This document shows, one piece after another, positions 50,631 to 62,560 of a DNA stretch of 64,000 bases (positions are counted from its first letter, which is position 1; the number at the start of each line of letters is the position of its first letter). This stretch comes from the human T2T-CHM13v2.0 reference genome, Homo sapiens, in assembly GCF_009914755.1 (NCBI RefSeq), contig NC_060944.1. One strand, written 5' to 3'. The notes below the pieces were generated by a model. The model was not told the origin of the DNA and did not search any database. It was given only the letters and a program-made list of their open reading frames with translations. The position numbers were made by a program, and so were the translations under genes.

Positions 50631-51679
50631 TTAAACAAGTGCCCTTTCTGCAAGTGTCTCTCTGAGCTCTCTTTCTGTGATTTAAAATGTCATGTATATA
50701 AGAAAATACTTCCACTGCTTGACCCTACCCACACTCACACCAATCACTTCTGCCCCTCAATGGCCACAGAACATTAGCAAAAGCAATTGCACAGCATGAT
50801 ATGAAGTAAAGAAAAAGGTTGCCACAGTCGCTAAAAGGGAGCAAATGCACAAACCACGCCAACCGCAGCACAAAAATAAGCATAAACGAACAAAACAAGA
50901 GAAATTCAAAAAGAAAATTGAACACATCTGGGATTTTAAAACAAAAGTGGAGCTCTGCTCTAGAGAAGGCCTGTGTCCTGCAGGAGACAGAGGAGCTACA
51001 AACAGCCCAGCCGACGAAGGCAGCTGGGACACAGGAGCCGCAGAGTTCTCTCGGCACATTCACAGAAGCACTGCACCTTTCACTGGGAAAACCAAATGCA
51101 CAAAAAAGTTGTCTTTTTTTTTTTGTAAGTGGTTGACAAAGAAGAAAAAGAAAGCAAACAAAAGTTTGTATAAAAATCCCAAAAATGATAAAACTCACAT
51201 TTCAAATCAGGGCAGGAAAAGATTGAGAGTGAACTTTGTGTTTTTCATTACCATTGATACTGAATCTTTGAGCTGTATTTTTCAGACAAGATAAATTAAA
51301 AATATAAAAGTAAATAAACCTGAATATTAAAAAATAAAAGAAAGGTGATGTTTTCTTGATTTATGTGCATTAACCAGCAAGTAATTGCATCAGAGGAAAT
51401 TTGTTATTGTAATTCTCATGTTCTTTCAGTTATTGGAGGGGGAAAATGAAAGGCAGGAAGCAGCACAAGTATTATGGCTTTTCTACAAATTTGCAGTATA
51501 ATAACATTGTATTTCCTGATTCTGTAGCAGAATCAGGAAACAGAGACTATGTTCCGGGAAAGGATGAACTGTGATAAACATTGAGATGTAAGGACTGAAC
51601 CTACGGAGTCCACAGAGGTGCTGGGAGAAGCTTGTGGAGCTGACAGTTTAAATGCATCCCTATAACATGTACCTGGAGA

Positions 51680-53310
51680 TGCTTATCCTTTGGTGCCACC
51701 CCCGTGTCCTGGTCTTCCTTCTATTTCTGGCCACTCCCTCTTAGTCTCCTTAGTGAATGACTCTTTCCCTCCCCATTGAGTGGCAGTTTTACTCAAGGAT
51801 CTGTCCTTGGCACCCTTCCCCCACTTGTTCTTACCATAAACCCCCCAGTCATCATCTCCAGCTGAGCCCTCTCTTCTGTACTTTAGACCAACTGCCCAGA
51901 TGACACCTTCACTTGCATGTCCCCTGGAATCTCAGCCTTAGCGCTTACGAAAATGATTTTTTGATACTTGCTTCCACTTCTTTGAACTCCACTCATCATC
52001 ACTACCATCATCAACACAAACTGGTCACTCCCTGGGCATTCCCTGACTTTGTGGGTGGTCTTCTATCCACGTTTACAACGCGGATACCTTAGATTGGGTT
52101 CCCTAAAAGAAGATGCTTAGACAAGGATGTGCAAGAAAGTAGTTTATTTGGGAGGCAACTCTAGAATACACCAATAAGGGAGAAAAGAAGTGAGATAGGG
52201 AAGAAAAAGTAGCCAATAAAAGGTGCACATCAAGCCAGTTCCTTTTGTAGGTAACTAGGGTTCACCCTATGGAGAAACCTGGGAGACCACACAGAACATG
52301 CCTTAGCATTGACCCACCCAGAAAGTGAGGGAAGTGGGGTGTTTATCTGCCAACTCTCCTCTTGAGAGTTCCTCCTTGGGGGTGTTAATTCTCTTAAACT
52401 TAAGCCTGGCAGCCCCTCAGGCAAAGACATGCAAATGCTGGCAGTTCAAAGTTGGGCTGGCAAGCACCAAATGACAAGGGCTGAGGGAATATGGGAGGGG
52501 TCCAGAAATCTGGGGGCCTCCTCTGACTCCTCCTTCTCCCTCCTTCATGCCTTCCAGTCCCTTTATCAACCACCAAGTCTTGCAGATTCTACATCCTATA
52601 TAGCAGATATCTGTCAAATTCTCTCCGTATCCAAAGCCAACTCTCTTGTTCAGGACACAATCCCTAACCTGTAGCTTAATACAACAGGCTCTGAACTTGT
52701 CCCTCTGCTTCCAGTCTCCAATTATTATCCATATTGAGACCCGGAGCAAGTCTGATCATCTCACTTACTTACATATAGTTTTCTATGGCTCCCTGCTTCC
52801 TTTAGAATAAATTCCAGTACCTGTAGCAAAGCTTAAGGCATTTGAATGATCTGCTCCAGGTACCGTTTTCAGTCCCATTTCTCATCCTCAGGCTTTTGTG
52901 AACTTTGGTCTCAATAAACTTTCTTCAGTTCAACAAAAGTGCAGTCCTGCATAGATGTGGTTTTTTCTCCCTGAAACACTGTTCATGAGTTCCTATGAAT
53001 TCTTTGCTAAACTAACTCATTCTTCAGGTCTAGCTTAGGCATCACTCCTCCAGGAATGTCTCCTTGCCTCCCCTAATCAAGGTAAGTGCCTTCTCCTTTG
53101 GGGTTTAATAACATCCTGTATTTCCCTACCAAAGCCTCAATCACACTCCATTACAGTCCCCTGTTTGCTTGACTGCATCTCTTTCCAGGCTCAAAGCTCT
53201 GAGAGAACAGGGACTCCAGGCTCCTCCCTTTCTACATTACCTCTCCAGCACCTAGCACAGTGTCATTGTGAGCATGTATATTGAATAGATGAATGAATAA
53301 ATTGTTGAAC
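51680..53310 (+). mobile_element. Long L2 (L2a-like) 3' portion, split by an LTR
   Basis: 'ctcaaggatctgtccttggc', 'ccagaaatctgggggcctcctctgactcctcc', 'tagaataaaattcca', and terminus 'ccagcacctagcacagtg...gaatagatgaatgaat'. Confidence 0.85.
52087..52502 (-). mobile_element. ERVL solo LTR (LTR16C-like) inserted in L2
   Basis: 'cttagattgggttccct...agacaaggatgtgcaagaaagtagtttatttgggagg...gaagtgagatagggaag...agccaataaa'. Confidence 0.8.
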
Positions 53311-53604
53311 TAAGTGACTACCAAGAGAGTAATACATTATGAATCATTAAACTCCTAATGAAATTTAATTTGTCTATTCATTACTTTGGATGAAGATACT
53401 TTTTTTCATGGCTAAAGGCCTATGCAGTTAATGACAGAGCCTGATTCAGATCTCTTTGAAAAGATAGTGTCAAAATTGTACCACAATCTGGCAGCTCCCA
53501 AATTATTGTTGATAAGCCAATTTCAGACTTGTCTACATATCAAAAGTTATTTTTTTCTCAGGGAAAAGAAGAGCGTGCATGTGCAAACGCCTGCCACTCA
53601 ACAA

Positions 53605-53732
53605 CCGTAAGACTATGAGAGGGCGGGACTCACTGGAAGGCAGAGAGCCTTTTTATTTCTCTTTCTCTGACCTATGATGCTTAGCCATGTGCTTGTTATT
53701 AGTGGACAATCAACAAATATTTTCTGAATTAA
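53605..53732 (+). mobile_element. L2 3' terminal fragment
   Basis: 'taagactatgagagggcgggact...gcttagccatgtgcttg...tcaacaaatattttctgaatt'. Confidence 0.55.
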
Positions 53733-53787
53733 AACCCAGATTTGAATTTTTGAAACATAAGATTTATTTTATTAAAATAAGAAAATA

Positions 53788-54296
53788 TACCTAGCCATAT
53801 ACCTCCCCAAATTGAAAAAAGGTATTCAGACAAAGACTTATACACAATATTCATAGCATTATTCATAATAGACAAAAAGTTCATCAGCTGATGAGCGGAT
53901 AAACAAAATGTGTTGTAACCATCACCATACAAGGGAATATTATTCAGCCATAAAATGGATAAAGTACTAACACATGCTGCGACTTGGATGAACTTTGAAA
54001 ACATGCTTAGTGAAAGAAGCCAGATGCAAAAGGCCAGACATCATATGATTACATGTATATGAAATATCCAGAACAGGCAAATCTATAGAGATAGAAAGTG
54101 GATGAGTGGTTTCCAGGGGTTGTGGGGAGGGGGAGTGGGGAGTGCCTGGTAATGAGTATTGAATTTCTTTTGGGGGATGATGAAATGTTCTGGAATTAGA
54201 TAGTGGTGATGGTGCACAACTTTGCAGTATACCAAAAACCATGAAATTGTACACTTTAAAGGGCAATTTATGGTATATAAATAACATTTTAATTTT
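53788..54296 (+). mobile_element. L1MB7/8-like 3' end
   Basis: 'tgcttagtgaaagaagccagatgcaaaaggcca...ggcaaatctatagagatagaaagt...ggggatgatgaaatgttctggaattagatagtggtgatgg'. Confidence 0.9.
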
Positions 54297-54327
54297 CAAG
54301 AGATTGTGGCTTAGAAAACTAGAAAAT

Positions 54328-54560
54328 ATAGCACAGTGAGAAAAATACAAACTTTACATTTAGATGGATTTATGTTAAATCCTGACTCTACTATTTACTA
54401 GTTAGAGATCTTGGAAAATTATTTAACTTCCATGAGATTCAGATTCATATTCTGCAATATAAAAATAACAACACCTGCTTTTAGAGCTGTTGTAAAAGTA
54501 ATTGGTAAGTGTGTCGACAGAATTTTGCCACACATATGTGTAATTAACATCATTATTAAT
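54328..54560 (+). mobile_element. MIR SINE
   Basis: 'ttaaatcctgactctactatttactagtt...ttatttaacttcc...gagctgttgtaa'. Confidence 0.7.
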
Positions 54561-55161
54561 ACTATATGATAATTTGATAGTTAAAATATTATAACTGAAA
54601 GGTGACAACTGCATTTTCCCTCATATGAAGCCCAATCCCCCTCTGGGACTCTTTGGCAGAGTTGAGAACATCCACACGGATAATCCAAGTAGAAGCGGTC
54701 AGTGCACAGCACTAGTCCACCCCATTAGCTATGGAGCAACAATGGTCATCTCCAGGGTTTCTACACAAGACTCCAGCTCCTGATGAATAAGGGAAAAAAT
54801 TGTATCATTTCTGCTTGGCCTAGGTCTCTGTACCTCCTGAAAATTTCCATGGTGTTTGAGTTCTCATTTTGTGGACTGTATGGAATTAATCAAGCTCTGG
54901 CCACTGGTTTAACCACAGACTTGTCTGTACTCTTCTATGGTTTCCCACAGCAGTGGAGGTGTGCAATGTCCCTGATCCAAGGGCTCCTTTCAGGTTGCCT
55001 GAAGTCCTTCAAGATCAAGAAACCGTTTGGAATTAAGGACACCAAACCTCGTGAGATATTTTGTTTTGTTTTTTTAAAACAGAAAATGAAGGTGAGCATA
55101 CAAATGCATAACATTCCATCAGAAAATGAAACCAAACCCTTGGTCAAAAAAGTGATTCAGC

Positions 55162-55841
55162 CACATTTTCTTAATCCAGTCTATCATTGTTGGACATTTG
55201 GGTTGGTTCCAAGTCTTTGCCATCGTGAATAGTGCCACAATAAAAATATGTGTGCATGTGTCTTTATAGCAGCAGGATTTATAATCCTTTGCGTATATAC
55301 CCAGTAATGAGATGGCTGGGTCAAATGATATCTCTAGTTCTAGATCCTTGAGGAATCGCCACACTATCTTCCACAATGGTTGAACTAATTTACAGTCCCA
55401 CCAACAGTGTAAAAGTGTTCCAATTTCTCCACATCCTCTCCAGCACCTGTTGTTTCCTGACTTTTTAATGATTGCCACATATACACCATGGAATACTATG
55501 CAGCCATAAAAAAGGATGAGTTCATGTCCTTTGTAGGGACATGGATGAAGCTGGAAACCATCATTCTCAGCAAACCATCATAAGGACAAAAAACCAAACA
55601 TCGCATGTTCTCACTCATAGGTGGGAATTGAACAATGAGAACACCTGGACACAGGGCAGGGAACATCACACACTGGGGCCTGTCATGGGGTGGGGGGAGG
55701 AGGGAGGGATAGCATTAGGAGATATACCTAATGTAAATGAAGAGTTAATGGGTGCAGCACACCAACATGGCACACGTATACATATGTAACAAACCTGCAC
55801 ATTGTGCACATGTACCCTAGAACTTAAAGTATAATACAAAA
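55162..55841 (+). mobile_element. 5'-inverted, truncated L1PA5-like element (inverted arm ~55160-55477, sense arm ~55476-55841)
   Basis: Perfect 16-bp TSD aaaaaagtgattcagc at 55146-55161 and 55842-55857. 3' UTR 'gcattaggagatatacctaatgtaaatga...accaacatggc...accctagaacttaaagtataa'. Confidence 0.95.
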
Positions 55842-56859
55842 AAAAAAGTGATTCAGCAACAGTTAAATGAGTGGAGGTGTCTTAAAGGTAATCTCATTAT
55901 TCTCGAAGTATCTCTAAGATTGAGACCCCAGATTTATGGACTGCCATCTCCTACATGAAACGATAAAGAGAGAATAAATCTATGTTCATATGCACAACTG
56001 GGCCAGAGGATCCAGTTTTCATTTGATTTGAACAAGTAGAAAACGTTCATCAGGCTTTAGCCAAAATACTACATATTGATTTAAGTTAGTCAATTAAAAA
56101 TGGGCAAAATGACAAAACTGCTACATAAGTAGCCATGCTACACACCTGAATACACGCATCATGTCCAACAAGCAATTACTTAATTTTACTCTGTGCTGTC
56201 GCTTGTTTGCTTTCAGAACACTGCACATATGATAACGAGCTTAATGTTCTGCTTTGCCTGTAGCATTTTCACTGATGCCCATGAAATTCTGAACCATATG
56301 ATTTTATATTCTATACTTTCTATTTTTCATTATCCAAAAGTATAATTTTCTACTGTGTTCTAGTAAACAGTCTACTGTATATGTATGAATGAAATAATGT
56401 CTTTTTCCACAGTGATGCAAAGAACTTTCACTCTTTTTTACAAAAAAGAACATGCCTATGTTGCAGAATCAAGCTTTTTGTACATATTAAACTGCTTACA
56501 GTTTGTACATAGTAAACTGTAAGTAGGTACAATCCTTTTAAACTTGTGAGTTACTTAACAAAAATATCTTCTTAATTAGAAAATCAAACTATTTTCTCCT
56601 TTCATTTGACGTAATGACCCCATTGCATGGTTTTGGGACAACAAAGATACTTTAGTATGAGCAAGTTAACTTCAATATTCATGGAAAACTACAAGGTCAA
56701 AACTCTCCCTATCTCAGTGGTGAGTGTGGGGCTCTGCTTTGTAAAAAACAAATGGACAGAAGCAAAGGAAGTTATGTTTGTCCTTCCACAACCATAGCAT
56801 GCATAGACCATCTCGACTACAGGTAGGTAAAGTTTTACAGTCAAACTCCAAATTCCAGA

Positions 56860-57365
56860 TCTTCAACCACGCGGTTACAGTGGGGCAGCCACGTTTATAA
56901 AGTGAGACCCTCCTACCCTCTCTGGCCACACTGATTGGACCAGGCAAAAGCATCTGACCCAAGCTGGGCCAATGAGCCTCTTCCATTTGAAACTACCAGA
57001 AATGGAGAGTGAAAGAGCTTAGTTTTAACTTGGCTGTATTTGACTGCAGGGTATATAATTTTGGAAAAAGAATGCCAGGATCTTTTTCTTTTCATCAGGT
57101 GGTAAATCGAAGGCTCATCTGCAATGATGAAGACTAAAACTCCCCCCTGGAGTGAAGCAAGGCTGAGAGACAGAAGAGAGAATGTCCTGGGTTCCAATCA
57201 GAGAGGAGGACTGTGGTTCATTGCAGTGGGGCGGACCAAGGGGCTCCCTGGTCCCCTGCTTCCAAGAGCTCCCATATCCTGGTAACCAAATCTCTCCTTC
57301 CTTTTATTTCCAAAATTCCCCCAATGGGTTTTCTATTATTTGTAGTCAAGAGAATCCTGACCACA
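56860..57365 (+). mobile_element. MaLR LTR (MLT1K/L-like)
   Basis: 'ctggccacactgattggaccagg...catctgacccaagctgggccaatgag' and end 'gggttttctattatttgtagtcaagagaatcctgac'. Confidence 0.75.
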
Positions 57366-57669
57366 AATCACAATACTAAATATTTTTGAAATCCAAAAAG
57401 ATATAAGGAGAGTGTGAGTTTAATAATTATTAACAGCTGGTCTGAGGCTTGAGACTGTGAAAGTAATAAAGTCATGAGAGGATTTCCCTTGAAGTACGTC
57501 AGTGCGAGTGGCTCACATTGTCATTCATGCTTTGTCGTCACCCTGTGAGGATGTGTATCATTAGAAGGATGAGGCTACCACGAAAACATTTTTTGAATAA
57601 ACCATCTGAAATCGCCTTCAGCTTCAACAATGACTTTTCTCCATAATATAAGAAAGGTGATTGTGCAAC

Positions 57670-57741
57670 ACTTATCGCAGCTCTCACAGCATTCCTAGGA
57701 TATGGGGATGTTTTCTCCTATTTTGCAGATAAATAAATACA

Positions 57742-57772
<31 letters not shown>

Positions 57773-57890
57773 AAAGCTTGACTTGGAGAACTAATTTGCT
57801 TCAAATCACACAGCTAGTCAGGGACAAAGAAAAGCCTTGGACTCAATTCTTCTGGGTTTTAAGCAAAGCATTTTTTCTGTGATACCTTGC
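57670..57890 (-). mobile_element. MIR containing an (AAAT)n microsatellite at ~57728-57773
   Basis: 'ctattttgcagat' [aaat repeats] '...aatttgcttcaaatcacacagctagt'. Confidence 0.75.
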
Positions 57891-58289
57891 CCTTGTTCCT
57901 GTCTGTTTGCTAGGCAAGGATATTGGTTTCATTGCATTTAAAGGTTTTGAAAGTGCTTAATGAGTTATTTTATCATTTTGGAAAGGAAGTGTTAAGAAAG
58001 ACATTATTTAACTTACTTTTATTCATATTTTTATATTGTGTAAAAATTGCCAGAAGACATAGAAGCAGAACATTTTGCCTTAATAGTGTCTTAAAGATCC
58101 CTAGCTGGTAGCCCCCAAAAGAAGTCTGCATTGAGACATGGTTTTACTGAACATCTGGAAATGTGCACATTCAAATACAGGAATAAGAACTTCATTTTGT
58201 AACAAAAACAATAATTATATAACACTTCTTAATATTAGCTATCACTTCCTAATATTTTCACTGTCACACTGAGCTAAATTTTAATATGA

Positions 58290-58400
58290 ATTATCTCACT
58301 CAATCCTTAAACCAATCTGTATAAGGCAGGCAACATAACTTTTCCAAAGTTGTACAGGGAACAAGAACCAAAACTAGGACCCAAATCAAGGATTCTCTGA
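58290..58400 (-). mobile_element. MIR fragment
   Basis: 'taacttttccaaagttgtacag...aaactaggacccaaatc'. Confidence 0.45.
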
Positions 58401-61400
58401 TGATCTCCATGCTTGTAATGTTCTCTTTCTTTTTCCCCCACCAATATGTGGACCACGGTCTTCTTAACAAAATAGCTGCAATATGTGGTATTAATCATTA
58501 TGTACACACACAGACACATACACAAATACAAAGGAGATTTGCTATTAACTTAGATTGTACAATTAAAAACCAAAAGCCAGTCATTACTGTATGACTTAAA
58601 CCAGAACCTGTGTTCTATTCCAATATCAGGTAAATATGTTATTACTGAACTAACAATGTAAGAAAAAAATATAGCTTCAATGATGAAGCAATACCACATG
58701 TTAGAAATATATCAACTTACCAAAGTGAATGCTTGAAATTGATGCAAAAGCAGAGGTCAAGTGCTAACAGTTATACTTCTTGACCTGTGCAGTGTTTTCC
58801 TTTCAAGATGTGTGGCACCCAAAGCAATGGAATGACTCAAAAATATTGTAAGTTTCTGGGAGCCACATCTGTGCAAAAATGGGACCAATTCAGTCATACA
58901 ACTGGATAATATGTTGAGCAAATCCAGTGAAACCCCGTTATGTCACCATGTATAGCATCCCAAAATACAGGCCATTCCTGACTCTCAAGTTTGAATGTTG
59001 CGAGTTTGCAGACAAAGACAAAGATAACGTCTCTGGGAACATGTTCTGAACACTGCCCAGGGCCTGTAGAGCAGACAATCTCATTAAGTGAGGCTGCTCA
59101 TGGTTTGAAGATGAGCATTGGTCTTGCTGCCCTCTAAATGAAGACATAGGACCCTCAGTTGCATCCTTATAAGTGGGCCAGGTACAGTGAGAGGGAGACA
59201 TGGCTTACGGAATTACAGACATATTACAGAAGAAATAGAAAACTTTATAAGCATGAGGCTGTCATAGAACCTTGGATTTTGGTAACAGAGGCAGAGAGCT
59301 TCATTTTTGAAAAAAGTCTCTGAGGCAGTCATCATGAAAAAGCAGCCCTTTGAGTACAAAGATAAATGTTCACTTGGGAGATGTCACCTTCAAGCTTTAT
59401 TTCTGATACTAGTACAGGGAGTGATCCTGTCACAAAATAGAGCTGCCCCTTGTAGTGCCCGAGGTCTGAATGGCCTTGAAACTGGCCTGCCTTGCAAGAG
59501 CAATTGGCCAACTCTCAAGGGAGGCAAACATCTGTACATATTTTTTGATGATCATGTATCTCACTAATAAAAAAATTACTAATCAAAGAGGAAGGTGTTT
59601 GCAGACTACTTATATGAAAAAAGACCTGAAGTATATCAATGTTATTATCATGATTAACCTAATAGAGAACTCGTCTCTTACCTAAAAAATGTACTCTATT
59701 TCTCACAAAATTCTTAAATTGGTGATGTACATGAGTGCTTCTACAGGGTATTAGATTTAGCTGTTTCAGCTGTTGAGTTGGTTGACATTTGTATTGCTTA
59801 CTGTTGTCTTGGTCTCTCTGTTTATGTGCAGACAGTCTAACAGTAAAACAAACAAACAGACAAAACCAAAACCAAAATTTCAAGAGTGGAAAGGAGTTTT
59901 TCCCCAGATTGACATTCAAATTCATCTGACCACGAGTTTTGGGAGGCATGACATATGATGCAGTGTGAGTATTCTATTCTTGAAACTAGGAAGTAAGGTG
60001 CACACCAGCCCAGCCAAGCTTGCATAGATGATAATGTGTTGTCTCTGTTTAATGCCGTTATTAATATGAAATGCTTCCTCATTGCATCACCTTAATTTGA
60101 GCTTTCAGCAGGATGGTGACAGTTACACTGCTTTAGTAAAGCACATAGCTAGAACATCATGGGAAAGCACTTATATAAAAACTCTCTCTTTCCTTCTTTC
60201 TTTCTGGCTTGCTTTCCCTCCTTTGCTGCTGGTGACCACCCATGCTTGAGCAGTGTTTTGGCTGCTTTCCCACTGATGAGTTTTCCAAACCTTGTCAGGA
60301 GCTGGCAGTTAAATGTTCTGCCGCCAGCTTACAGAAAATACAAGTTGGATTGCCTTGTTCCTGCTTTCTTTCAAACTTGCATGTTAATCCATCTTCACCT
60401 TGATTCCTAGAAGAGTCAAACATCTGATCCTCAGGTCAAGCCTGAAGGAAATGGTTGTCCCAGCTGAAAATAAGATCGATCCCAATTTGCTTTACAGTAC
60501 TCTTGTTAAAGATCAGTGTGTAATATTTTCTCTGTGTGATGCAATGCTTCTTAATAAAAACAAAAAGGGATGTTTGACCTTAACTTTAAAAGGTCCAAGC
60601 AACAGTGACATTCAGCAGAGAGAATATTATTCCATTTGCATGGGTCTGATGAAAGAAATAATTCTGACATTGGATACCCAAGCATAGCTGAGAAGGGAGG
60701 AAAAGAGGAGAAATAAAGACAGAACAAGGCGACGGGCCCCAGCAAAACAACACACCACAAGGCATTCAATTCCAGATTAGATCTTGCTTTTATTCCCTTC
60801 TCTCAAAAAAGATGCTTTAAATTATTTAATGGAGAAAGGTAGTACTTTGAACTCCAGGAAAATCAAAATGTTACAGCTCTGAGGGGTTTTTTGGTCTTAT
60901 GTATCTTGTGAATAAAACCAGCTTTAAAAAAAAAACTAAAACACAAAGTTGTCTCATCTTTTATAAAAGCAAGTTCAAACATTTGGTACAGATGAAGGCT
61001 GGTCAAGCATTTAAACACATAATTTCAATGTCTGATGGCTCTAGAATAAAAGGCACTTGATTCAAAACGGAATGTCATGTTGGTCAGCAATATATGCTTC
61101 CACTAAATAACCAAATACACAAATTGAAATAAAGTGAAATTCTTTTTCCAGAGTTAATGAAAGGTTCCTGTTTGTGAATTTGGGGCTTTGAAGTCCAAGG
61201 CTTCCAAACAGCACCAGGAATTTACTGGTGATTTATTACTATTTGGACAAGTGGCGAACAGAGCATTACTCTACGGAAAGTCCACATTCCCTACCTGTCA
61301 AGGGAGCCTTCCTGAAATGGGGACACCAGCTCCCCTTGCTGCAACTCCTCTTAGGGCTGTGCCTCAGGTGGGGTCCACATAGTCTGGTGTGGTCATCTCT

Positions 61401-62349
61401 CCTGGGCCAGCGCCCTCCCCCTCTCTCTGCTCTAGCCCCTGCCCTATCCTGTGTCGCTCATCTCCCAGTTGCTCTTCCCACTCACCCCAGGTTCCAACAA
61501 AGCTCACTTTCTCTGCCCTGATCCTTTCTTTGTGACACTTGGGTTATACCATGAACTGATTCCAGGGACAGTTTTGCCTGCATTACTGCTCCATAATAAC
61601 TGAATGTGGAGAGACGTTTTCAGACCCTTCTCAGTTTCTCCCAGGTGGCCAATTCCACACATACAAATAGTGGCCACTCTCCCTCCCCATGCCTAGATGC
61701 CCACAGTGTGCATCCTGGGAAAGGACCATGCCCTAGAACTGGCTAGACTGAAAGGACCTCTGGGAGACAGGGGCTTCCCTGACATGGGTGGGTTCTGAAA
61801 TAAGAGCATCTGTGTGCTCAGGTATTGGGGCACTCACAGTCATTGCTGGATGGGACCCAAGGCAGCGACTCAGGGTGGGGGTGAGTATGTGTTTTGACAC
61901 CACTCACATGAGAGTGACTGGACAACCCCCCCCATAACTTACTACAGTATGGTCTTACATAAAACTGATCATAACACATTCACAAAGCTTAGGGGTATTA
62001 CTGGATTATTTTCTTATTGTGTTATTTGCTTGGAAACAACATGATTATAATGACCATTAATATAAACTACCACCAATAAGCCATAGAATGATTACCTTAT
62101 CTAAATGTTCAGTTTGCTATTTTTTGAGTCTCTGGTTTTACATATCCTCACATGATCCATCTCAATCAGTGCACGTATGATAGACTCCTGCAGGTATTCT
62201 TTTGTGAAGTGGCTATCCAGATGTAAAAAAAAGTACAAGACAAAAGCTGTCATCAAGGGATTCATGGTTTAGTTGAAGATAAAAGAATAGGCCTTAAAGG
62301 AATCCACGAGTGAGGTTACCGCGGAGAACAGAGAACTGCAGGGAGTTTC

Positions 62350-62560
62350 CGCGTGGAGCCCCCCGAAGCTGGACAGTGAGGCTGCAGACCCTGGCTGTTC
62401 ACTAACTGATGTGTATGACCTTGACACATAGACTGGTGACAGGACCTCTGAGCTTCAGCTTTCACATCCAAAAAGTGAAGACGATGTGGCACCCACCTCA
62501 CAGGTTCCAAGGAGCATGAAATGCCATCACTGTGCTGTACTTGGAGCTCTAAAATGTGTG
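62350..62560 (+). mobile_element. MIR SINE
   Basis: 'ccctggctgttcactaactgatgtgtatgaccttg...acctctgagcttcagctttcacatcc'. Confidence 0.7.

Noticed and set aside
50725-51294. Overlapping 157, 149, 105 and 100 aa ORFs
   Set aside because: Explained by T-poor composition suppressing stop codons. The peptides are K-rich or F-rich low-complexity sequences with no family resemblance.
61280-61930. GC-richer block, possibly an old LTR or DNA element
   Set aside because: I could not match it to any consensus I recognise, so it is left unannotated.
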